A stretch of 62,974 nucleotides of DNA, counting the filler, from Stramenopiles sp. TOSAG23-2 (taxonomy: Eukaryota), in NCBI GenBank assembly GCA_900128395.1. It is 21 parts of 21 records of this genome, joined end to end, with 100 filler letters (N's around TTAATTAATTAA, not from the genome) between each part and the next. Parts side by side here need not be neighbours in the genome. Positions count along the whole stretch, not along the records: positions 43,452 to 46,443 come from LT651421.1; positions 46,544 to 49,532 come from LT651422.1; positions 49,633 to 52,620 come from LT651423.1; positions 52,721 to 55,706 come from LT651424.1; 17 more parts are not named here. One strand, written 5' to 3'. Positions within the stretch are counted from its first letter, which is position 1; each line of letters begins with the position of its first letter. A model generated the notes under the pieces. The model made no database searches and was not told where the DNA came from. It saw only the letters and a program-made list of their open reading frames with translations. Of this stretch, positions 44,064 through 55,806 are shown one piece after another. The position numbers and the translations under genes were made by a program.

Positions 44064-46443
44064 TCAACACGCGCCACCACCATTCTGCAATAAACGTCTT
44101 CTCCTTTGATTACCACTTTTCTTGTTGAAATATTTTAGAGATTCAAATAAACGCCTTCTTCTCCTCACCTTGTCATCACAACCTTTCTCATTATTGTCAC
44201 CATTAATACAGTTGACACCAACTTTATAGTGCATTATCCCCTCATCATTAAGATACACCGCCAATTGGATACGACGATTCAGTTTGCGGTCATGATCACC
44301 ATCGAGCTTTTTACAATTCTTTTCTTTATCACAACCGTTTGCCTCATACACTTTTGCAAACCTCTCACCTCTTGCAAAACCCTCACACGGATTTGGTTTG
44401 CTCAACATATGACACAATGTACCTTTCTTTCCATTGAGAAAATACTTCTTACTATTTTTGCCAATTAAGAATCCATTTCTACAATTAAATTTATACGAAG
44501 ATGTACTATCTTCTTCGTTTACTTTTATATTGGTTATATCGATAAATTCAAGTAACTTATGCTCCACATCATCATTGGCAACACCTCGTTGCAAACAATT
44601 ATCGTCATCCTTGCCCCTTCCTTTGCAATCCTTTTCCTTTGGAAAATAAAATTCGGTATGCCATGGTCCATATGTACCTTTCTGCATCGATCCAGGATTT
44701 CCTTTCGTCATACATTTTCTACCATTATCAAAACCGCATTTTTTGTATTCCAAGTTACTGTCTTTAATTTCTTGGCATATACTATTGCATTTGTCATGAC
44801 TGTTACCACATGGAATATCAACAAGTTTATTATCATTTTTAATAATATAGCAAGTTTTTTCATTTTCAGGTGTATTACCCTTCTTCTTTTGATCCTTTTT
44901 CTTCTTGTTCTTACGTTTCTTCGTTTTATCCTTCTTCTTCTTGTTCTTCTTCTTCTTCTTGTTATTACCCTTCTTCTTTTTATTACCCTTCTTCTTTTTA
45001 TCCTTCTTCTTCTTGTTCTTCTTCTTGTTATTACCCTTCTTGTTCTTCTTCTTGCTATTACCCTTCTTCTTTTTATCCTTCTTCTTCTTTTTCTTCTTGC
45101 CTTTTATTCGTTTCTTTTTCTTATCGCCATCTTTTTTCTTCTTGTCTCCTATTCGTTTCATTATTCGTTTCTTTTTCTTATCGTTATCCTTCTTCTTCTT
45201 TTTCTTCTTGCCTTTTATTTGTTTCTTTTTCTTATCGCCATCTTTTTTCTTCTTGTCTCCTATTCGTTTCATTATTCGTTTCTTTTTCTTATCGTTATCC
45301 TTCTTCTTCTTTTTCTTCTTGCCTTTTATTTGTTTCTTTTTCTTATCGCCATCTTTTTTCTTCTTGTCTCCTATTCGTTTCATTATTCGTTTCTTTTTCT
45401 TATCGTTATCTTTTTTCTTCTTGCCTCTTGTGAGTTTCATTATCCGTTTCTGTTTCTTACCGTTATCTTTTTTCTTCTTGTCTCTTATTCGTTTCGGTTT
45501 CTTATCATCTTTTTTCTTCTTTTCCATTCGTTTCTTTCTCTTAGGTCTTGGGCTGGATCTTGGGCGAGGCCTTGGGTTCAAGAGACGACGAGGCCTTGGC
45601 TTTGGCCTTCGTTTCTTTTTCTTATCGTTATCTTTTTTCTTCTTGCCTTTTATTCGTTTCTTTTTCTTATCGTCATCTTTTTTCTTCTTGCCTCTTGGCT
45701 TTGGCCTTGGCTTTGGCCTTCGTCGTGGCTTTGGGCGGGGCTTTGGGCGAGGCCTTGGCTTTGGCCTTCGTCGTGGCTTTGGGCGTGGCCTTGGTCGTGG
45801 CCTTGGGCGGGGCCTTGGGCGGGGCCTTGGGCGGGGCCTTGGGCTTGGTCGTGGCCTTGGTCGTGGCCTTGGGCTTGGTCGTGGCCTTGGGCGGGGCCTT
45901 GGGCGGGGCCTTGGGCTTGGTCGTGGCCTTGGGCGGGGCCTTGGGCTTGGTCGTGGCCTTGGGCGAGGCCTTGGGCGAGGTCTTTTTTTCCTTTTCTTAC
46001 CGCGGCGTCTTGTGGCTTTTTGACGATTCAGTAGTAATATTTCACGACTCTTCGTTTCTAAAAAACTTTTGGCCTCAGCATCTCTTCCTGAACAAATATC
46101 TTCTACCTTCTGTTCTATTGTCTGATCATGGTCGTGTTCATCTTCTTCTTCTTCTTCTTCTACATTGTCCTCGTGATCACAATCTTGCTGAACTTTTTCT
46201 ACTTGTTCGCTGGATAATCCCTCTCCCTGCAAATATTGTTCAATGTCAGTTTCACTGGCATCAGGGTGTTCTTCCAACATTTCTTTTAAATGTTTGCATG
46301 CCTTATCACTATCAAAATCACTCTCATCTTCTTCTTCTTCCTCCTCCTCCTTCTCTTCTTCTTCTTCTTCTTCTTCTACATTGTCCTTGTGATCACAATC
46401 TTGCTGAACTTTTTCTACTTGTTCGCTGGATAATCCTTCTCCC
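44064..46443 (-). CDS. Polycationic Arg-Pro/Lys-rich protein with a C-terminal 16-Cys domain (variant B); 5' truncated
   Basis: Allele or paralogue of 9949-12346, 18 nt shorter, all Cys conserved. Confidence 0.85.
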
Positions 46444-46544
46444 NNNNNNNNNNNNNNNNNNNNNNNNNNNNNNNNNNNNNNNNNNNNTTAATTAATTAAN
46501 NNNNNNNNNNNNNNNNNNNNNNNNNNNNNNNNNNNNNNNNNNNT

Positions 46545-47087
46545 ATTTTGCTAAAAATGCCACATGACTCAAACCAACATGTAAAGTCTGCAATTACGTA
46601 TTATTATTTACATTATACGTCAACACCATTTTCAAGCATATGCAAGGAATGTCGATTTGAAGATTTAAAATTGTTTCTTACGAATGATAAGGACATTAAG
46701 ATCAATGGTAAAGTTTGAAGCAATATCATGTCTCGTGAAAGTATTATTACTGATGTACAAGTTGACATGATTGAATATTTACTGGAACATGTAGTAACGA
46801 TGCGTCCACAAGCTACTATGCATAGGTCACGTCATTCCGCTCGTAACACGGTTTCGGATTCGTCTCATTCTAGAGAAATTTCATATTCCGATGTAGTAAG
46901 TGCATTAGGAAATGTTTTAAAAAACGAATTATCGGCAAATGCGCAAAGATTAATCAAAATATATTTGCATAAAATGCCGCATGACCAAGAGATGCATGAT
47001 TACATATTCGATTTGAAATGTTCTTATGAAAAGATGCGTATATATCTCATATACTTCTTTAATATAATATTTATAAAATATTTTTAA
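46545..47087 (+). pseudogene. Ankyrin-like helical repeat remnant with an in-frame TGA at 46716
   Basis: TPFSSICKECRFEDLKLFL...I.ING and DMIEYLLEH; KMPHD occurs on both sides of the stop in the same frame. Confidence 0.4.
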
Positions 47088-47209
47088 AATCTTTTTTTAT
47101 TATGGTACACGCGAGTTAGAGTATTTTAATTTTAAATCAGCTCTCACAAATATATTTAATTATACTCTATATATAAATATCTTTTTGAGTAAATATTATA
47201 AAAAAGAAA

Positions 47210-49532
47210 TTAAAAGCGCGTATATCCTCTTCTAAACAAATCATCATCTTCTTCATCATCGTGTCTTGTTTTAGAACAACAACACCTTTCATAGTTATCA
47301 TTTTCGCAATATACTTGTTCACACCATCGACATGTTTCTTGTTCTCGGCAGCGCTTCTCACCGCAATTTGGGCATTTGTAGTGATCACTGTCAAAACATG
47401 ATCGGCATATCACCACTCCATCGCCTGTATCCGTATCACCATTTCTACAATCAACGCATCCTTCATAAAGATAACCCTCACAATGATTACAAACAGCATT
47501 ACCACACCAACAATTCTGATATGTTTCATCTCCACAAACTTTACAACAGTTGTGATGCAATTCTGAACATGCGGAACACATAAGTTCTTCGCCTTGCCAA
47601 CCTTTGCAGTTTGGCTCTTTACATTTGCATTTCATGTTGTCCCAACAATTGCGACAAAATAGTTTGGAGCAATATTTACAATCCCATGCCACCCCTTCCG
47701 ACAATTCGCAGCACTCCTTCCCACAATCCGCACAGAAATAATCGTTTCTGCTATCGTTTGCCGTATTTTTACCGCCTTTATCTAATTCTATTTTACTCCT
47801 GACGTTTCTAGTATTAACATGTGAAGTTACAGATATTCCATCCTTCGCACAATCCATACAATCTAAATTGGCACAATGACGTGACACACTTCGGATGTTT
47901 TGGGCCAAACAAACTTCTTTGGCGGACTCCTCCTTGCGTTTACGTTTTGCACTCTTGGGATATCCTAACGGCAAGTTTGTACTAGTATTCATCTTCTTGT
48001 TGTTACCTAGATTACCAATCTCCAAAATATCACATGTCGTATTAACAACGTGATTTGTATTAATATTATTGTTATTATTATTATTATTACTATTGTTATT
48101 ATTATTATTATTGATCTGGCTGTTCACATATGTAAATGCTAAAATATTATTGTTACTATAAATATTACTGTTTCTATTTTGTCGCTGTAACAATACATTT
48201 GCTGCTTGGTCTATATCTCTCCTATAAGCAAAATACACTTGCTCGATATCATATCTCGATACATTGAGGCCCATAGCTTCCAATAGCTCCATAGCTTTTT
48301 TATCTTTGTTTGAATAATCAGAATTATGTAACAATGAGGTTCTAGAAAATGCTGGATCGGTTTGATCTTTTAAACGCAATTTTCCATCCCATGTGTGCCA
48401 CTGATCGATACTTGAAGTATTAAATCCGCAACTTGGACATTTGTTCATATCACTACCTGTAAGGTTTCGGCATGCAAAGTGCTCCACGGGGCCATAACGG
48501 CAACTTGGGCATTGATATTGCTGTCCATTTTGATAAATATTTTTTAAATGTTGTGCTGTTAACCCATGACAATTGGAATTACCATGACTTTCTCCACCGC
48601 ATTTAGTACAAACATTCCAATTGCAAACACGACACCTATTTCCCCAATTTGAAGCTAAATCAATTGTTGGTTTCAACATTATAAAAGAACTATTCCCCGA
48701 CTTAGAATTAAAATTCTTTTTTCTTGTCTCAACGCATTGCCTACTTTGGCACCACCATAAATTTGGATTTACAGAAGCACGCATATTGCACAATTTCACA
48801 TATAAAACTTGGATATCTCTATTATTATTATTATTATTATTAAAGTTTGTATTTGTATCATTAAATAAAATTGCAAGGGTATCATCTTCAATAATAGTAT
48901 CATATTTACAATGACATAAAATGGCGCATGTTGTTGATCTATGCTTACAATGGTATAGCGTCAATGGACATCGAAAGCCTTCCACTAATGGGACGTTCAA
49001 AGTTGCACTAAATTCGTTTCTAAAATGGGTAATTAAACATTCCTTACAACATTTTAAATCACAATAATTTCGTGTTCCAAGCATGCATGAAAATCTTGCG
49101 GGCACAAGAAAATTACATAATACACATTCAAAGCAAGTTGATAACAATTTATCCCATCTTTGAACCGTTTCTTCACAATACATATGTATTGATGTCGGGT
49201 ACATTTCAGTTTGTTCCATAAATTGAATTATGCTTTTGCTTTCTGCTAGTGATGCTTCTTCGTTTAGCAATATAGAATCTAATAACTGCTTTTGGCCTTT
49301 CGTACTGCTACACCATGCATGTGGGTACTTGACTATCGATTTGTAATCAAAATGTTTCCTGTTTCTAATTTTATACAATACAATTAAAATATTTTGTATG
49401 TGCAGCCATCTATTCATATACCTATGCAAATATGTTATTGCTAATACGTTTCTGGTAAGCAAATACTTTATTGCCTTTTGTCTTGATTCCTCTAACGATT
49501 GGGGGGTTTTCCGTATCTTATTTTTGTTGTTG
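47210..49532 (-). CDS. RBR-type E3 ligase-like protein (RING1-IBR-atypical Rcat) with a UBA-like domain and a Cys-rich C-terminus; 5' truncated
   Basis: C..C...CC.ECL..H...CP; WWC....C...C..C....C..C....H...C; CPSCRYGPVEHFAC; L.AMG...DIDQAANVLL; many CxxC pairs. Confidence 0.75.
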
Positions 49533-49632
49533 NNNNNNNNNNNNNNNNNNNNNNNNNNNNNNNNNNNNNNNNNNNNTTAATTAATTAANNNNNNNNNNNN
49601 NNNNNNNNNNNNNNNNNNNNNNNNNNNNNNNN

Positions 49633-50098
49633 AACTAACAACAGGCTTCTTTTCAACTTTAGTTCCATCATCTGTCGCTGGTGCATTGGATACTTTGTCA
49701 TTATCATTACTTTTACTACTACTGTCACCATTAGTAGTAGTGGTGGTAGTGGTAGTAGTGCTGGATGCGATCGTTTCCTTTGGCGCTACGGTGTTGTTGT
49801 TATTATTATTAGTTTCATTACCATTATTATTATCTTTTTCTATTTTCTTATTAGTTGTGGCTGCAGAAGCAATCTTTTTCCAGTTTGAAACAATAGTTTT
49901 CGCAGCTGCAGCAATTTTTTCATTTTTTGAATTTCTTAACCGTCCAATTTTTTTACCAATTTTTGTAACTTTTAATAAATCCAATGTGATCTTAAGTGTA
50001 CCAACTTGTTCAAGGATATCCAATATACGTTCAGGTGTATTATCCTCCTTTGATAATTGTTTTTTAAACATTAATATATCTTGTTTTGTTGCTGCCAT
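49633..50098 (-). CDS. TFIIS N-terminal (LW) domain protein, probably elongation factor TFIIS; 3' truncated
   Basis: ITLDLLKVTKIGKKIGRLR...IAAAAKTIVSNWKK. Confidence 0.85.
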
Positions 50099-50699
50099 GA
50101 TGATAAGATTTATTATTATTTATTATTTTATTTGTTTTTCGTGTAACTTTCAACCTTATATATATATATATAGTTATTTTAAATTTTAAATTAAATTATG
50201 TTCTATTACTTTTTCCTGTCTGTCTGTCTGTCTGTCTGTCTGTATACTATCTATATACCCTCTTCAATTATGACATGTTGAATATGGACTATTGTTTTCT
50301 TATTCTACTAATAATTCATATAAATTATTTATATTATTAGCCATCACCACCAGTTTAAGTTATTATTTATTAGCAAAATAAAAACGTGCATTTTTTTTTA
50401 ATCTTAATCTTGATCCTGGGATCAAAGTAGTGGCGCCCTGGAGCCCCGGGTTTGGAGTTGTTTTGGATATAATAGGTAGCCAAGGGTAGGCCATAAGACG
50501 CAGACTAAATTAGAATAATAATATAGAAAAATACAAATAATAAATAAAGAACACAAAGTAGAAAATGGAAAAGAAGGAGAGTGTATCGAGCAAAGTTATA
50601 ATAATAGAGAACAAGAGTATATTGTTCGATATTTTAAAATAGTTATCATTTCTTATTGGTTTTGTACACATTCATATATATATATATATATTGTATAAC

Positions 50700-52391
50700 A
50701 TGGAGAAAGCAAATCAATTGTACCAGGATGCAATTGAATTGCTACAACAAGCTGATGAAAGACATGGAGTAGAAAATGACGCAGAACAAAAATTAAGAAT
50801 GATTATAAAAATATTATCACCTTCTTTCAATGAACCAAAACGAAAAAAAGCAAAACATAATAATACTAATAGTGATAATAGTGATAAAGAAGAAGAAAAA
50901 TATTTTCTCGCTGAAATATATTTATTATTAGGTCGTATTATTGAATGGAAACAACCTAATTTAGCTCTTATTGAATATACCAATGCATATAATATTGTAC
51001 CAAATATACCAGAAACTAATTACAATGTTGCTAGATTAAAGTGGAAACAAGCTACGACGATTAATGATATGAATATCGCGGAGGAACGTTTACGCGACAC
51101 TATTAAATTAGCAGAGGAAAGCGAAGATGAACATGATGAAATATATTGGGATAATGCTAATGAACTTCTTGGTCGATTATTATGCCAAAGTGGTTCACAA
51201 CGTCGACAAGAAGCATTTGAGGTATTAACAGATTTAAAATATAAATATGTATTCCAAGCACATTTAACTAGTATCGGAAATAATAGTAATAATAATAATA
51301 ATAATATCAAGAATAGACAATGTAATAAAAAAAATCTTGCTGATGATAACAATATCGAAGAATATGTTGCAGCATTTAATGATGTATTACCTGATGACAT
51401 ATTTAATATGATGACAAATGGATTCAAATTAAATGCTAGATTTTGGAAAGAAAATAATTATGGTGATCCAAGAACTGGTTTTTTCTCATTTCAACATAAA
51501 TTACCATCTTATACATCAACGTTAAAAGCCCATGAAAATAATCAATACCAATCATCATCATCATCATCAACTACAAGAACTATATCCGGTCTTGATCAAA
51601 TGTTACAATATATATGGATAGTTGCATCAAAAGCAATGCCAAAAGTAAAAAATGCCAAATATGTTGAATGGTGGGCGCATTCTCGACAACATTGTTATGG
51701 CCATCAAATTCATTACGATTCAATCCCTGGTAAAAAGAAAGGTAAACCAAAGCATCCACTTATATCCACTATTACATTTTTAAAAGCTGATTGTGGTGGA
51801 CCTACATTAGTTACTGATCAAACAATTGAAAATAAAAAAACAACGAAAGGATGGGTAGCACACCCAAAAACAAATCGGTTAATTTGTTTCAATGGAAGTG
51901 CATTGCATTTAGTGTTACCAGGTGCTGGACATTCCCCACAAAAAGATGCTAGAAGAACAACTTTTATGGCAGCATTTTGGGATGAAAATCCACATCATGG
52001 GGTGGAATTTGAAACATTATTAACTAATAACGAGGGTAGTAGTAGTAGTAGTAGTAGTAGTAGTAATAATAATAACAATAATAATAATACGAATGCCAGT
52101 GAAATCCATATTACTTGGCCAAAAGATTTTCCGATGTTATTAGCATCGAAACAAAATAATGATAAAAAGAACAAGAAGAAAAATAAATATCAAAGAACTG
52201 TTGAAAACGATGCAATTACACAATTAACAATTGATGAAATTTGTGAAGTTGTCCCGAATAATAAAGACAAATCTCTGCTTGACATCAGTATTGATAATAA
52301 TGAAGGAATTGATTTAATGAGTGATTCGATATTTACTTCATGTGAAGGACTTTTAGGTTTAGGAATGAAATCAGATCGACAAGAATATTGA
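50700..52391 (+). CDS. TPR-like N-terminus fused to a 2OG-Fe(II) oxygenase-like domain
   Basis: AEIYLLLG...A...Y.NA....P; EWWAH.R...HQIHYD; GGPTLV; P..NRL..F.G..LH.V.PG; R.TFM..FW. Confidence 0.75.
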   Translation: MEKANQLYQDAIELLQQADERHGVENDAEQKLRMIIKILSPSFNEPKRKKAKHNNTNSDNSDKEEEKYFLAEIYLLLGRIIEWKQPNLALIEYTNAYNIVPNIPETNYNVARLKWKQATTINDMNIAEERLRDTIKLAEESEDEHDEIYWDNANELLGRLLCQSGSQRRQEAFEVLTDLKYKYVFQAHLTSIGNNSNNNNNNIKNRQCNKKNLADDNNIEEYVAAFNDVLPDDIFNMMTNGFKLNARFWKENNYGDPRTGFFSFQHKLPSYTSTLKAHENNQYQSSSSSSTTRTISGLDQMLQYIWIVASKAMPKVKNAKYVEWWAHSRQHCYGHQIHYDSIPGKKKGKPKHPLISTITFLKADCGGPTLVTDQTIENKKTTKGWVAHPKTNRLICFNGSALHLVLPGAGHSPQKDARRTTFMAAFWDENPHHGVEFETLLTNNEGSSSSSSSSSNNNNNNNNTNASEIHITWPKDFPMLLASKQNNDKKNKKKNKYQRTVENDAITQLTIDEICEVVPNNKDKSLLDISIDNNEGIDLMSDSIFTSCEGLLGLGMKSDRQEY

Positions 52392-52720
52392 GTGAACAAA
52401 ATATTGTTTTTCTTGTGGTTTTACGACAAAATGTTAAAAATGTACGAGTACACACACATATATGCATATTATATATACAAAGTACGAATATACATTTTTA
52501 AAAAATTTGACCTTGGGGGAATTAAAAATATTAAATATGGTCTTTTATGTATTTTTAATCATATTTCTTATAAATTATTTGCTTCTATAGCAGTTACAAA
52601 TACTACCCAATAGTCTTGCTNNNNNNNNNNNNNNNNNNNNNNNNNNNNNNNNNNNNNNNNNNNNTTAATTAATTAANNNNNNNNNNNNNNNNNNNNNNNN
52701 NNNNNNNNNNNNNNNNNNNN

Positions 52721-54729
52721 CATTGTTGCCAAAAGATACGAAGAAGGTAATCGCAAACGAGAAACAACAAGAAGCAATGCGGGAGCTGGATAAAAATATC
52801 CATGAAACACTCGAGAAACAGTGGCAGGGCCGCTTGCAAGACTTACTCCAATTGAAAGTTTGGCATGATTCGTGTTTGGATGCACCCACCCAATCTCGTG
52901 CGCCGATGTTTACTCCTTCTTCACAAACAACCAAAACATTGCACAGGACGTTGGGAATCGTGCAACCACAGGGAGATAAAACATTTGCTTCGCCACAACG
53001 GGTACGTCAACGGGTTGCAGTGAAGACTCCACCTACTGTAAAACGTGGAGTGCGCGAGCAACCATCTCCAATGCCATATGCTTCGTTATTTGAAAAGGAG
53101 GATTTGGACAAGATACAAGAGCAATTCGAAGCAGACCGTAAAGCGATGACGGGCACGATACCATTCGATTCGGTGATTGGCATCCATGTGAACGAATTTG
53201 CCAACGTGTTCGACGAAAAAATGGCGATTTTTGTTCACACCATAGACTATTTTATCGAGGTGGTGGACCACTTTCGTGACTATCTGCTTCAAGCACATCG
53301 GCATTCGGTTACCAATGAAAGAATCTACTTTATTGGCAACGAGATTCATATTACCGTGCAAGAATACAACTCTTTAAAAAGCTACTTGAACACACTGAAA
53401 AAACATACCTTGCCGGCGCTGAAGGCCAAGATACAAGCAGCTGCCCTAAAGGAACATAAACGTATCAAAAAGAAAATAGAAGCATTAGATGCTTCTGTGG
53501 ATAGTGAGAATATGCCCATGGCTCACGAATTTGAACCATGTGGGCCTAGAATTCATACGAGGAGGAATCGAACAATATCGACACGTGCAACACCTCCAGA
53601 AGAGCAAATTCTTGAAGAACATCGTCAACAGTTGGTCGATAGAATGCCACGGGACAGTTCCGAACGACCGGTGGTCATGGTGGCATCCGATCCGTCCTTT
53701 CAATATGTTATTAAAGTCACAGGAACCTTGGTACTACCGCTCCTTATTCGTCATTTGACCATGAACATCTTCTTTCGTCGCTTTAATTCAATTCTTCAAG
53801 GGGACCATAATGTGGGGATTTATCCGTCCACCTTATTGTTTGAACAGCTCATTGTTCAATTTTGCATGAAGACCTCGTACATGACTTCCAACCTATGCCT
53901 GCGATATTTTCACCCGGATAACTTTATGGACACGGCTACCTTTAAACAAATCATGCAGCAATCGATGCCAAGCATGTTTACCGAGCGAATTCGTGCATTG
54001 TCGTTTAGTTATATGAATGCGACTGGAACGAGCGGAACCGACCCACAATCGAAACAAACCATGCATCAATTGTACACCAAGTTTAAAGAAAGCATGGAAA
54101 TGGCTGACACGGGGCAGGTTCATCTTTGGTGGGCAGACGCATACGAAGAAGCCTGTATGGAATTGCTCAACACTGGAATAATAAACGAATTAAAGGTAAA
54201 AAGTGCAGACGCGTACAAAAAATTGAACACGCCCCGTAACGAATTGGTAGGCGTGAGTTATGACAATGGCCAATCGGTACAGGAAACGCTTATGCAGTAC
54301 GCATTAGATGCTCAAACCTACCACACGTTGCTCATCATGACCGAAGAAACCATTCGTATGTGGGCGTACAAAATGTATTGGGACTGGGCATTGATTGCAC
54401 AATCGATTCTTACCACGACCATGTTGCCATGGAAAATGAACATCAACAAGCAATTGATTACCTCGGTGACTGGTGCCATTACTGCGTCGCAAGTGGAGAA
54501 ACTGTATTCGTTTTCGACATCGATGGTGACTGTGCAGCAGCAGAACGACTCTGTGGTAGACAATTCAATTAACTTTTTGGTGTATGGATTGGAATCAGGA
54601 ATATTGTATTTTTGGTTGAACCTACTCAATGGATACATGCGAATTGGTGTCATCACCGAAGATGAGCTAGTCAAAGGCAAGATGATTTGGGGTCTCGAGA
54701 GGTGTTTAAGGGGCGTGGTTGGAGGGTAG
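52721..54729 (+). CDS. Orphan ORF (at least 668 aa), GC-richer than most neighbours; 5' truncated
   Basis: Long intronless open frame with no poly-Asn and no motif I recognise. Confidence 0.8.
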
Positions 54730-55086
54730 GGTTGGTGATAAAAATTCGTGGAGGAATTTTTCCCGCAAAATGAAAATCTTAAGACGGTGCTGTGTCAGCC
54801 TAGCGTGGAAAAATCCCAAAACTGTGAAATATTTTTTTGGGGTTACGATGGACGTACCATTACCCTTGCCGATTTTACTGGGATGAAAACCTCCTCAAAA
54901 ACATCGGGGTTCAATAAAGTATACCACTGGTGGTAGACGGATAAGAGGATGAAGGATGAATAATAATTTCATCCTCTCGGTGAGAATATTCCAAATCGAA
55001 ATGCCAAATTGAAAATAACACCCTGTGTCCATGCTATTTGTTTTAAGCGTACTACTATGCTAGCATATATCTACCATGGACACAGC

Positions 55087-55141
55087 ATGGCTTACGATCC
55101 AATTTCTCGGGTGAGGAATCGTGATTAATGACCAACAAGAG
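55087..55141 (+). repeat. Dispersed repeat family 1 copy
   Basis: ATGGCTTACGATCCAATTTCTCGGGTGAGGAATCGTGATTAATGACCAACAAGAG. Confidence 0.9.
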
Positions 55142-55178
55142 GAGGACGACGACAGGCGGTGTGCGCACATCACCGGCC

Positions 55179-55305
55179 TGATACGTCGTAGTGGATACCT
55201 TAAATATAGACTTAATAATATAAACACTATAATTTAAATTGGCAATTTAGATAATGATACGTCGTAGGGGATACCTTAAATATAGAATTCACTTTTAATT
55301 TAAAT
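55179..55305 (+). repeat. Degenerate 76-bp tandem duplication with a 32-bp conserved core
   Basis: TGATACGTCGTAG(T/G)GGATACCTTAAATATAGA at 55179 and 55255, each followed by CACT..TAATTTAAATT. Confidence 0.85.
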
Positions 55306-55568
55306 TTAATTTGTTGTGGAGAGAAGACTGGAAGAGTTTAAGTTTCAGTTCGAGTGCAAATTAAAGTAGTCCCACGGATGGTTAAGGTGGAGTGCTGGGA
55401 CTTCAGAAAACTTTTGTACTTCGATATAGACGAGTAAAGACTGTCGTCTAGGTACGCGTATTATTATAATAGGATTTAGGATTTAGGTAATAATCCATGA
55501 TATTTTATATATATTTATGCATACTTTGACAGCCTCACCGCTTTCGAATGAACCCGACGTCCAGCGCG

Positions 55569-55635
55569 TTCAACGAGTGCGCAGGGAAGGATTAGAAACC
55601 TACTCGTGCTTGTGGAGTATTAGTTTGGAGACGTG
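55569..55635 (-). repeat. Dispersed repeat family 3 copy
   Basis: Reverse complement aligns with 27976-28041. Confidence 0.85.
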
Positions 55636-55806
55636 CATTAGAGCTTCATTATAGTAGGATAGCATATTTATTCGCGAGATTGAGTATAAGGATAAATCAA
55701 GTTATGNNNNNNNNNNNNNNNNNNNNNNNNNNNNNNNNNNNNNNNNNNNNTTAATTAATTAANNNNNNNNNNNNNNNNNNNNNNNNNNNNNNNNNNNNNN
55801 NNNNNN

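Noticed and set aside
41448..46718. Stop-codon reassignment suggested by in-frame TAA and TGA
   Set aside because: TAA and TGA terminate many intact genes here, and long conserved ORFs have no internal stops
55179..55286. Two 32-bp repeats with a 44-nt spacer resembling a mini-CRISPR
   Set aside because: The sequence after each repeat is itself homologous, so this is a degenerate tandem duplication
55345..55450. tRNA-Sec-like words (CGGATG...CTTCA)
   Set aside because: I could not build a cloverleaf, T-arm or acceptor stem
55470..55488. TTTAGGA telomere-like repeat
   Set aside because: Only about 2.5 units and internal to the contig
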